From Squalus acanthias (Eukaryota), in NCBI GenBank assembly GCA_030390025.1, contig CM059431.1, positions 123,196,001-123,260,000 of the forward strand: a stretch of 64,000 nt of DNA, read 5' to 3'. Shown one piece after another: positions 25,621 to 35,570 of the stretch (the first letter of the stretch is position 1; every line of letters starts with the position of its first letter). The notes beneath the pieces are model-generated. The model was not told where the DNA came from and searched no databases. It was given only the letters and a program-made list of their open reading frames with translations. The translations under genes were made by a program, and so were the position numbers.

Positions 25621-27778
25621 GGGCCGGAATTTTCTGTTCCTGGGTGGGTCGGGGGTTATGGGTCGCTGTGGGGGGTCGCAACCCCGCTGCTCATTCCATT
25701 CCACTCCTGAGATCGACTTTCCCTTAATGGCGCCTATTAAGGAAGCCCTGTGCGTTACCCGGCCCTACTAAATGGTGCGGGTCTGATGATGTAATCGATG
25801 ACGTATTTTCAGCCGGGATATTTAAAGGAGCCATGACCACATTGCATTTGAAGGTTTATCTCGGATTGTGCAGGCACTGTACTGCAGCATTGGAGTGTTC
25901 CAAACACTTGCAAACATGACTGCACAGAGGCAGAGGGCTGCACCCAGGTTCTCCGATGACTCCCTCCATATGCTTGTGGAGGGAGTGAGAGCACGCAGGG
26001 AGGTCCTCTTCCCTTCCGATGGGCGGAAGAGACCTCCCCAGCAGACCAAAGGAGCCTGGCTCCAAATAGCAGAGGAGGTCAACAGCAGGGATGTTGTCAG
26101 GAGGACCTGGATGCAGTGCTGGAAATGCTTCAATGATCTCATTAGATCAGGAAAGGTGAGTGCAAAGCCACACTCAACTTCATCCTGCTCTGCCGCTCAG
26201 CACATCCCCATCAATCTGCCTCCCCAAGCCTACTCCTGCGCATCCTTACTCACACCAACATACCTTGCACGTCCACCCATCCCTCTCTCTCTATCTACAT
26301 TATCACATCCCCATCTGACTAACCACTCCTCACACTCACCCTCATCCTAATGCAATCATACCAAGTAACAACACACAACGAGGCCATTTGGCATTGGCAC
26401 CGCACTCCATCATAATCTCCCTCTAAAGATGTTACCCATCCATTCCTTACACTCGTTCCATCACTCTCACTCAAACTTTTCTTATTTGCCTCCTTGCAGG
26501 AGAAGAGAGCCCACAATAAGAGGGAGAGGGAGAGAACCGGAGGTGGCCCTTCATCATTGGCCACCTTAACTGTAGCAGAGGAGGTCACTCTGGAAGTCTC
26601 GGGAGTCACAGAGCAGCTGGAGGTGGGAGAAGGAGAGAGCAGGTCATCTCAGCAACCTGGTGACAGAATTACATCTCATACAACCACATGGCATACAGCA
26701 GTCACTCATATGGGAACTGATGTCAGCAGCCAGTGAATGTTCATCATGTGCATAATGGTATCGTTACCCATTCTTTTATGACATTTCTAAATCAGCTCTT
26801 TACTCTCACACAGTTCCATCAAGAATCGTGCCACCCCCCCCCCCCCCCCCGCCATATTGTCCAGGAGGAAGAGGAAGATGACTCCTCAGAGGAGCCTCTA
26901 GCCTCTGAGGGTGCACCGTCACCAGACATAAGCGTACCCAGCACCAGCGCAGATACGCACATCTCGGTGGGTCCTACGCAAGATAGAGTAGTGTTGTCAC
27001 TTGGTTTCTCACAAGTCACAAGTGAGCAAGAGCAGATGGTGGAGACAGGGACAGCAGTGAAGACTCCTCGCCGGAGGGAGGTGGACGCTCCCAGCTCTGC
27101 TCAGCTGCATGCAGATGCTGAGCCTCGGGGGCTATCCAGAAAGAGGGCACTCCTGGAGGTGCAGCAAGAAGGGCAGGAGGCTTTGACAGGTTTTGCGATC
27201 GCGATGTCTGCAAATGTGCAGAGAACGGAGGAGTCCATCTCCAACATGAGCACCAATATGTCGCAGGCAATAGCGACTGTAGGCTCTTCCATAGAAAGGA
27301 TGGCCACCTGCATGGAGCAGCACTTGGAGTCTATGGAGAATAGATGACAGACGGTCATAGACCTCCTCTCTAGGAGAGATGTAAATGTACACTTGGGTCC
27401 TCATGTCCCCATTGCTGTGCAGCAAGGTGCGCTCCAGCTCCTTGCTAGCAGGGAAGTGTGGGTGGCCCATGAGAGGGATGATGGTGAGAGGGGACATGGA
27501 AGTGCGGGCTCCTCTCAAAGCACTCACAGTTCTCCACAGTGTCTCCCCCTCAGTCAGAGCCCCACATGCCTCCTGGGATCGTGATGGCCGAGACTGCCCC
27601 TGCAAAGTCGAAGGAGGAGCAGACTTTGGTGAAGCCATCACAGGCTCCAAGACCCGGAGGACATCCACCAAAAGTGTCTGTGCAGTCGCAGCAGGGAAGT
27701 GAACAGGCTACCTCTACCTCTGCTAAAGCCACGGGGGTAGCACCTCGTAGAAGCACACATAAGAGAAAGATGACACAC
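25621..27778 (+). mobile_element. Harbinger transposon left arm carrying the Myb/SANT-like gene
   Basis: Starts gggccggaattt (TIR-like), inserted into an L2 tail at 25478-25620; truncated by an L2 at ~27780. Confidence 0.75.
25916..27775 (+). pseudogene. Harbinger Myb/SANT-like DNA-binding protein gene, three exons, disabled
   Basis: Exon 1 25916-26155 (MTAQRQRAAPRFSDDSLHMLVEGV...AWLQIAEEVNS...RTWMQCWKCFNDL, aag|gtgag); exon 2 26500-26659 (ttgcag|EKRAHNKRERERTGGG); exon 3 from 26814 with a frameshift in the poly-C run and a stop at 27345. Confidence 0.82.
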
Positions 27779-27782
27779 AACA

Positions 27783-28078
27783 ACAACAACAACTTGTATC
27801 TATATAGCACATATAACATAGTAAAACATCCCAAGGCACTTCACAGGAATATTATAAGACAAAAAATTTGACACCAAGCCACATAAGGAGAATTAGGGCA
27901 GATGGCCAAAAGCTTGCTCAAAGAGGTAGGTTTTAAGGAGGAAGGAGAGGTAGAGAGGCGATGAGCTTTAGGCAGGGAATCCAGAGCTTAGGGCCTAGGC
28001 AACAGAAGGCACGGCCACCAATGGTTGAGCGATTATAATCAGGGATAGTCAAGAGAGCAGAATTAGAGGAGTGCAGAA
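27783..28078 (-). mobile_element. L2 LINE 3' end
   Basis: (caa)n tail, then sequence highly similar to 2609-3012. Confidence 0.8.
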
Positions 28079-28087
28079 TAGAGTCAT

Positions 28088-28958
28088 GGGGGAAAAATTC
28101 AGTATCGCCCTGTTTGGAACGCAATTACCTAGCGCTAATTATTGCCTCCGACTGCAAACTTGACTTTTATCGCCCCTGGAGGTGATTGGAGCGCTAAATC
28201 AGGTGCTACACATCTGTCTTAAGGCGCAAAGGCCGAGGAGTGAGGCGCTAACTCAGAGCGCTGGCGAAGCTCATGTGATGTCAGTCAGCAATGGAACACA
28301 GACACAATGGCGCCAGCCAGTTCTTAAAGGGGAGGGTTGATCTTGCTTTCCATCCACATCCTGCTCATTGCAGCCTTGAATCTCGGCCTGGAGAGACCTG
28401 TACATCAAATCTGCTGGAAAGAACAATGGAGAGTACCAGGGAAAGAGCTCAGAGTGCAGCCCCCACAGTCTCTTCTAAATCAATGCAAGGAAGGGCAAAT
28501 CAAAATGAACCTGCAAAGTGCTGCTCAGTACCCAAAACTCCTTCACACAGCATTGAATCTCTCCAGAAGTCTCTCTCTCTCTCTCTCAGAATGCGTGGTG
28601 CAAAAATGTCACCAACAAAAAAAGGCAGGAAGCGGTCGCCTTTAAATAGCGCTTCCCCAGTCCCTTCCTGACTGCAAAACGCTCCCCTCAACCTGTCATT
28701 GCTAACGGCAGGCGGTAAGGCAGGGGGCGCCACTCAATATCCGCTCCGGGGCGCTACCAGGGCGTTGTGCACTCGACTGACGTCACGATCTGCCGGCGCA
28801 GGAGTTCGTGGCAGTAGTGTTTAGCGCCGCCTGCAAAATATCTAGGTAATTTCACGAGCGGCGCAAACATCGCCGCGCCCGGGCGCTAGTTGTTTTGCGC
28901 CCCATTAGCGCCCTCTTAAGGTGCTAACGGGAGGCGCAACCAACTGAATTTTTCCCCC
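28088..28958. mobile_element. Harbinger-type MITE
   Basis: Perfect TIRs gggggaaaaattcagt / actgaatttttccccc; GC-rich subterminal gcgc repeats. Confidence 0.8.
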
Positions 28959-29032
28959 ATAATTCTTAATACAACCAACTGAGGTGGCTAGGGGGACAAT
29001 GGTGCATCTGGTTGAAGTGTTTTTAATTTACA

Positions 29033-30040
29033 TGTTGTAAAAAGATACAGACAGAAGACTTTCATAAATATGACATCAATAGATGCACCAAGCAATCACA
29101 TTGTTTTTGTGTTGAAATTGGAACACATAGGAGACACAAAGTCTGCTTACAACCAGCTGAGGTGACTTAAGAATTGAACAGGAGACCTTTGTAAAAATTA
29201 CATCAAATAGAACCGCTGCTGTCACATTGTTTTTATGATAAGTTTTGATAAGTATTGAACACCTAAAGGTAGAGACACGATTCTGTAAGCTAACAGCTGA
29301 ACTGACTGTAAGAATAGCAGGGGTCAACAGAAAGATGAGTAGAGATAATTAGCTTACATCAGCAGAAAACTTCAAAGGATATACCACTGGAAAAAGGGTA
29401 TAAAATATAGAACTTTCAAATAGGAAGACAGAATTCGCTGGAAGGGGCAAAGTGATTCTCGGATTCAGAGGCTCTGTCAGCCTACAACTCTTTGAGTCTT
29501 GGGTAATCAAAGGTATTTGATTTTGGTGGATATCCTGGAATAAGAATAAGTAAGAAATGTAAAAATGTAACGACATTAAGATTTGAGAATAAGGATCTCT
29601 GAGAATAAGAATTGTAAGCTATTTGTTTTTGGAATTGTTAAAGTTGCGATTGAATCACCAGCTGTAATTACATGTCGGTTCTTTAATAAATCTATATATT
29701 TTTAGAATTGTCTCACCTAGTACTTCTGTATCAAACTTGTGAACTCAATCTCTGTACACTCTTTGGTGAGGAGTTGCAGAATTCTGGGGAGTTTTCCGGA
29801 CCCTCATAATATCCGGAAGGTTACAGTCTAGTTAAACTTATTAAAAGTGCTATCTGGAGGACAGTAACATCTTCAGGTCATTCCTTTCCTTTAGGGAGAG
29901 ATAGTCTGGACCTTTAGACCCAATTAAGTGTCTTCTAGGAATCGGCTATCTCTAACTTTAGTTGAAGGTGAACGTTTGGGGAATACGCCTGATCCGGGGT
30001 GGCCCGAAAAGGGCTAGGACTAGTAATAATCCCTTCAACA
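29033..30040 (+). mobile_element. Possible solo LTR
   Basis: Starts tgttg and ends caaca; TATA-like at ~29399; AATAAA at ~29685; 3' end tcccttcaaca resembles the tcccttaca end of the intact LTRs. No TSD found. Confidence 0.4.
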
Positions 30041-30452
30041 GAAGGAGGCCATTCGGCCCATCGAGTCTGTGCCAGCTCTCTGTAGAGCAATCCAGTCAAT
30101 CCCATTCCCCCGCTCTATCCCCGTAGCCCTGCAAGTTTATTTCCCTCAAGTGCCTATCCAGTCTCCCCTTGAAAACATTGAGTGTGTCCGCTTCCACCAC
30201 TTCCGTCGGCAGTGAAATCCAGGTCATCACCACTCACTGTGTAAAAATTTTTTCCTCACATCCCCCCTGTATCTCTTGCCCAAAACCTTAAATCTGTGTC
30301 CCCTAGTCCTTGTACCATCAACTAGTGGGAACAACCTTTCCCCATCTAGCCTATTCAAACCCGTCATAATCTAGTACACCTCTATCAAATCACCCCCTCA
30401 ACCTCCTTTGCTCTAATGAAAACAAATCCAGCTTCTCCAACCTGTCCTTTTA
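30041..30452 (-). mobile_element. CR1 LINE 3' fragment
   Basis: gaaggaggccattcggcccatcgag... tail and RT C-terminus, similar to 4845-5300. Confidence 0.85.
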
Positions 30453-30791
30453 GCTCGGGAGGTTGTGGGGCTGGAGGAGATTACAGAGATAGGGAGCGGC
30501 GAGGCTATGGAGGGATTTGAAAACAAGAATGAGAATGTTGAAATCGAGGTGTTGCTTAACCGGGAGCCAATGTAGGTCAGCAAGCACAGGGGTGATGGGC
30601 AAACGGGACTTGGTGCGAGTTAGGATACGGGCAGCCGAGTTTTGGATGACCTCAAGTTTACATAGGGCAGAACGTGGGAGGCCAGCCAGGAATGCATTGA
30701 AATAATCAAGTCTAGACGCAACAAAGGCATAGATGAGGGTTTCAGCAGCAGATGAGCTGAAGCAAGGTCAGAGAAGGGCGATGTTACAGAG
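30453..30791 (-). mobile_element. L2 fragment, left half (split by the ERV)
   Basis: L2 ORF2 sequence; joins with 39976 onward as gatgttacAGAGgtggaaatagg once the ERV is removed. Confidence 0.85.
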
Positions 30792-32426
30792 TGTAGAATT
30801 CGCAATTATCGCGATTTCATTTTTAATAAGGAGAAAACACAAAGTTTCGTTCAAAACAGCTTTTATTTCAGCGGAATGCTGTCAGGTTTAAATTGGACAC
30901 AAGCAGCCTGTAAAATGGCCGCCGCACCTCGTGACAGAACATTCTAGACTTTTCGGCAGGCAGACAAGATGGCGTTCCAATAAACATTCTTGCAAGATCG
31001 ATAACGATTCAGCACAGTGAAGACAATACACAGGACATTATGGGTTTACAGTATAAACATCGATACTGGAATCGGTCTCCCAGGTACAAAGGAAAGCCAT
31101 CAAGGGCCCATCCAAAGGACATTAGTATGTAAACTCCCAACGGCTCTACGATGAGAGAGCCGTTAGCAGGTAGTTATACAGGACACTTGGAAGCCCCCAA
31201 ACCCCTCCAGGGGGAACACCGACCGATTTAACAATGGGAGAAATATTAACAGGTACTCAAACATTCAGGAGTAGCCCCGAAACCCATTAAGGACAGAGAT
31301 CACCCATACAGGACTTTTTGGGCGCCAAACCTTAAACAAAAGAATGGACATTGTAGTTGGGCGGGAAACGGAAGAACTGTGCACTATAATTGCAGGCCCA
31401 AACCGTCCATTCGCTCTCTGGCCTCTTGCTCTTTTGCTCTTGACTCTTGTCGCTTGCTGCTGTTATCATCGTGGCTGCTCCTGTGTTTTATCCGGTCGAT
31501 TCGTAACCTCGTGGCTGCTCCTGGGTAAAAGACTGTTGCAAAGACCTATGTTGGTAGCTGGCAGCGGAACCGAAGGCCCGGGATGAGATGAGATGAGATG
31601 AGATGAGATGAGAGGAGAAGAGAAGAAGACCTTATCCATCGCCACGGTCAGTAAATCCCGACCGCGCCTGTAGGTCGATCAGCCAAGTCTTCTCGACAGG
31701 AAGTTTTCTTCTTTAACAAGACATATTGCATCAATGATAACTGGACTGTGCAAACACATCGTATCAGTGATATTGACAACGGTGCTCCACGATTAAACTT
31801 TGAAGCCCACCAACAGAGGTCTTCACTACAGCGGACGGTCCAGCCGACTGACCGAGCAGCAGAAGCAGTAAACAAGTGGGACCAGGAGATCTCCTGACCA
31901 ACACGTGGGTGCTGCGGTGAAAAACATCCGATCAGCTATTCGGGATTTCTCCGAGTTATTACGAGTGGTGAGCATGAGTCTCGGGATCCTACGAAGCTAG
32001 TTTTAGGATAGTTATTGATAGGGGAGGGTTTAAAGTTTAAGGATATTTGTAATGTGTGCCCTATTTACGTTGTGCTGGTCGTTCCTCGTTTCCCTAAGAG
32101 TGATTATAACTGTTTGTAAGATTGTACTGTCATTAATCTGTGCATATGACATGTATTTCATAATTTTAAGTATCATGCAATAAAGATTTTCCATTTCGTA
32201 CCGTTCAAACCAAGTCTACATGAGTTTTATCTCCATTACTGCTCTCGCATCTAAGTCCAGTGTCTAGAACCGTAAGGGAGAGTGATTCGAACCACTCACA
32301 GGGGTGTCTAGTGTTCCCAGACTGGCTGGAGACCAGGCCTAGACCCGCACTGACATACAGGCTGCACAGAGCCGCGTGAACCTCACAGGCCACGAGACAC
32401 GCAGGGTCAGGAGAGTATCCCTTACA
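30792..32426 (+). repeat. 5' LTR (1635 bp)
   Basis: tgtagaattcgc...gtatcccttaca; direct repeat of 38346-39975; contains (gatga)6. Confidence 0.97.
31358..31390 (+). promoter_or_regulatory. Putative LTR promoter (GC box plus TATA-like)
   Basis: gggcggga at ~31358, then tataat at 31385-31390 followed by a pyrimidine-rich stretch; YY1-like aaaatggccgc and caagatggcg motifs upstream at ~30911 and ~30965. Confidence 0.45.
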
Positions 32427-32430
32427 GAAA

Positions 32431-34242
32431 ATGGCGACCGCGGCAGGACACTGGCAGCGAGAGGGTAGTGTGTTAGATTTTGGAATGACTGTACGAAATG
32501 TGATGCAGGAAAAGATAGCGGATTACGTATTTGGAAAGGTTAATCTAACGAAAAAGTGGATAAGCGAATTGTTAGCGGATAAGAGCCCACTAGAGGCAGC
32601 TGAAAGGTGGACGGATAGTAAGGAGCATAAAAAAGCAGTTGAGAAAGCAGTCTGGCTTATGTGCTACAAAAGGCAGGTTCAGATTTCAAACCAGACCAAT
32701 ACAGCGCTAACCGCTCGAATCAAGCATCTAGAGGAGGAAATGGAGGAGAAGGTTTCTGGAGGGGAGGCGCTCATTAAGAGTTTAAATGAGTTACGCCAGG
32801 AAAGCCAGGAAGTCTCCAGTTACCTTAAAACAAGGGTAGAGTATCTCGAGTGCCAGATCACTGAAGCAAAATTAAACGAGAGTAGGATGAAGGAAAGATG
32901 TAACCGTCAAGCTGCCCAGATAAGAACTCAAGAAGAGAGCTTAATGGGGGTTAGGTCGGCGTATAAGTTGGCCCTTGAGGATAAGTTTCAGGGAGCCGAC
33001 CATAGCGCCTGCGAAAAAGAGATAGAGAGCCTCAAAAAGGCCGTGAATAATGCGAACGGCATGGTGTGCCTTATTAATCCGTCGGCACGCCAGCCGCTAG
33101 TAAATGAGAGATTTAGAAATTCCCCACCAAGTAAAGCAGAAGAAGTAGTAGCCAGTGCGCCCTCCGCGCCACCCAGCTATTCAGAAACCTGGGTTAGGGA
33201 GGAAGCAACGGAAGAAGCAAAAGAGCCCGTTGAAAAAGAGGTAGAAAAGGGATCGTTGTATCCAGTAACGGGGATTAAAAGGGGCCCAAGCAGAAACGGT
33301 GGGGAAGAACCGGGGGATCTCCTCGGACAGCTGGTGTTGCCTCACAGTTCACATCAGCTGAGGGCCATGATAAACCACGTAAGGAAGCTGACCGAGATAG
33401 ACGACCCTTCCGTACATTTTAGGGAAGTTGAGCAAGCCGCAGCCATCAACGGCTGCGATGATGGGGAGACAGCAAAAATGCTGCTGTTCTCGTTAGATAG
33501 CTCGGTCCTTCAGTGTCTCTCAGGCGATAGCAAGAGGGGTAATAAAAGTTATGAGGAATTGAAAAATGAGGTCCTAGAAGTAGTGGGAGCGAACGACGGA
33601 GGTCCGTTTGCTAGAGTGGGACAGACAGTGCAGATGGAGGGAGAACCCCCGAAGGTTTTTGCCGACAGGCTGTGGCCAGTATATGAGCGCAGCTGTCTAG
33701 GTGCGCCCGAGCGCGAAGATGTGGAAGGCGCCGCTTTAATTCATTGGCTTAGGTGCATAATAGCCAACAGTTTACCAGCCGTTAGAGAGCAGGCAAAAGC
33801 CTGGTTCGATCCCAATGACCTCAACCTTACGGAAGAGTCGGTCTTGAATCGACTCACGTTAGGTTACCGTAACATAAGGGGTATGGCAACACGTCCCTTT
33901 AAGGGAAGAGTACATGAGGTACGACCCGCAGCCCCGACTCAAAGAGAGTGGCATCAGGAGGGTAATCGCGCCCCACAGGCAAGTAATGCCTGTTACGGGT
34001 GTGGGAAGACAGGGCACTGGCGCAAGCACTGCAGGAACCCTTGGAAGGATTCCAAGGATAAAAATCCCGCGGTCCGAGCCCAGGCGCCTGTCCCGGCTAA
34101 GGAAGCAAAGGCACCCACCTCTCCCGAAGACCTCGAAGCAGTGTTAGGAGTCATGCGCAAGATGGTTTTGAATGCGCGTGGACAGGTGGCGGTCGCAACC
34201 GGCCCCGTAGGTGCCGCAGGACCGTCTAATAGTGCCCCATGA
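32431..34242 (+). CDS. gag: Gag polyprotein (603 aa)
   Basis: N-terminal coiled coil; PSAPPSY late-domain motif (33160-33180); MHR-like QMEGEPPKVFADRL (33631-33672); CCHC zinc knuckle CYGCGKTGHWRKHC (33991-34032); located directly after the LTR/PBS. Confidence 0.92.
   Translation: MATAAGHWQREGSVLDFGMTVRNVMQEKIADYVFGKVNLTKKWISELLADKSPLEAAERWTDSKEHKKAVEKAVWLMCYKRQVQISNQTNTALTARIKHLEEEMEEKVSGGEALIKSLNELRQESQEVSSYLKTRVEYLECQITEAKLNESRMKERCNRQAAQIRTQEESLMGVRSAYKLALEDKFQGADHSACEKEIESLKKAVNNANGMVCLINPSARQPLVNERFRNSPPSKAEEVVASAPSAPPSYSETWVREEATEEAKEPVEKEVEKGSLYPVTGIKRGPSRNGGEEPGDLLGQLVLPHSSHQLRAMINHVRKLTEIDDPSVHFREVEQAAAINGCDDGETAKMLLFSLDSSVLQCLSGDSKRGNKSYEELKNEVLEVVGANDGGPFARVGQTVQMEGEPPKVFADRLWPVYERSCLGAPEREDVEGAALIHWLRCIIANSLPAVREQAKAWFDPNDLNLTEESVLNRLTLGYRNIRGMATRPFKGRVHEVRPAAPTQREWHQEGNRAPQASNACYGCGKTGHWRKHCRNPWKDSKDKNPAVRAQAPVPAKEAKAPTSPEDLEAVLGVMRKMVLNARGQVAVATGPVGAAGPSNSAP
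32432..32449 (+). promoter_or_regulatory. Primer-binding site, tRNA-Ser-like
   Basis: tggcgaccgcggcaggac 5 nt after the LTR end; TGG complements tRNA CCA; the TGGCG...GGCAGGA pattern resembles the complement of vertebrate tRNA-Ser 3' ends (imperfect, recalled from memory). Confidence 0.6.
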
Positions 34243-35286
34243 CTAGAGTCCACGCAGCCTGCCTACCTGTGTCCTTTTAAAAGACACGCACAGGAGGGGG
34301 TCTGCGGTGAGGAGGCCAGGTTAAAAGAGCAGGCCTTGCGGGAGGAGAACGCCCGCTTAATAGGGAAAATAGATGGGCTGGAAGGGCAGCTTAGAGAGCA
34401 GACCCTGCGGGAGGAGAATGCCCGAGAAATGGGAAAGTTAGACGTGCTCAGGCTAGAAGGGCAGCTTAGAGAGATAAAAGCAGCCTACAGGGTAGCCAGG
34501 AGCAGGGAGTATGAGGATTTAAAACCACAAGGCACACAGGCAGGCGTAGCAGCTTGCATCAGGGGAAGGGACATCCCGGACGATCATGCAGCGTTTTTCT
34601 GGAGTTGGGGGTTAGATGACGAGGACCCCAGGGTACCCTGGTCAGATGAGGATAGTGCAGATGAGCATAGTGATGATGACGGGTGGTTTCAGAGGAACGG
34701 TCTGGAAGGATTGGGGCCGCTAGGTAGAGATCCATACGGGGTGGACACACAAGCTGCAGGTCCCGACAGCAGGAGGAAGGAGCTAGAGGAGGCCGGGCCA
34801 GCCGCTATGTGGTTCCCAGAGGTGTGGCCGCCCGCTTTGAACGTCCAGTCCTCAGGGGAGGCAGAGTTCGCGAGTGAAGGGCCGCCTGCTGGGCCGAGCA
34901 GGGCGGGGCCCCGAACTACCAGCCCCGAGGTTAGGGAGGCGGAGTCAGCGGAGGCGGGGCTGGCGCCTGTGATGGAACCCCAGGTCATCCCGTTGAAGGT
35001 CTCGGGACCCGGTCCGTCCGTCACGGAGCCCCCGCCCATAGCAATTCCCCGTAGGTCAAGCAGAGTCCCCCAGCCCAGGAAGATGTGGTCAGGTCCACAG
35101 GCTGCCCCAGGGCGTAAGTTTCAGGTTAAGATAACCCGGGTAGAGACAGGCCACATCGAAGCAGTAACAGGCTGCGGCAGATCAGAGGCAAGGGTCAGCG
35201 CAGCAACAGGCTGCGGCAGACCAGAGGGAAGGGTCAGTGCCCTCCCACCGTCGGGAAGAGCTCGCAGCAGCCTTCTCAGGATTTAA
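34243..35286 (+). CDS. In-frame readthrough extension of Gag occupying the pol position; unknown non-enzymatic protein (coiled coil, acidic, Pro-rich)
   Basis: Open from the codon after the gag TGA (tga cta gag tcc...) to TAA at 35284-35286 in the gag frame; the ORF-track start at 34336 is TTG; internal repeats LREENAR..GK.D...LEGQLRE x2 and TGCGR.E.RVSA x2. Confidence 0.65.
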   Translation, partial: LESTQPAYLCPFKRHAQEGVCGEEARLKEQALREENARLIGKIDGLEGQLREQTLREENAREMGKLDVLRLEGQLREIKAAYRVARSREYEDLKPQGTQAGVAACIRGRDIPDDHAAFFWSWGLDDEDPRVPWSDEDSADEHSDDDGWFQRNGLEGLGPLGRDPYGVDTQAAGPDSRRKELEEAGPAAMWFPEVWPPALNVQSSGEAEFASEGPPAGPSRAGPRTTSPEVREAESAEAGLAPVMEPQVIPLKVSGPGPSVTEPPPIAIPRRSSRVPQPRKMWSGPQAAPGRKFQVKITRVETGHIEAVTGCGRSEARVSAATGCGRPEGRVSALPPSGRARSSLLRI

Positions 35287-35570
35287 AGGGGCCGCCCTGA
35301 GAACGGGCGGCATTGTAAAGTTATTAGTTTAAGGTTTTAAGTTTTAGTTTAAAGTTTTAAGTGGTTTTAATAAGGTTAAGTTTGTAGTGTTTGTAACAGA
35401 AAACGATAAAATGATGGGAGTTTTAAGGCTAGGTTTAGAGGAAGTCTATTTAGCAAACGTTGAAGTTTACGTGAGGCAAGGTCAGGGGACCCGCTCACCC
35501 TTCACAAAAGCCAGAGACTTTTTGCGAGGCTGGCTACCTCATTCTATCTGATCACAGGAACCAAGGAAGG

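Noticed and set aside
25916..27775. Domesticated host MSANTD/NAIF1-like gene
   Set aside because: It sits within a TIR-bounded element, has a frameshift and stop in exon 3, and related decayed copies occur elsewhere in the window.
31344..31586. 80-aa LTR ORF with a hydrophobic, signal-peptide-like stretch (duplicated at 38898-39140)
   Set aside because: Its ATG lies upstream of the putative TATA box and the hydrophobicity comes from a CT-rich tract; identity between copies only reflects LTR duplication. It could be translated only from the 3' end of the genomic RNA; unsupported.
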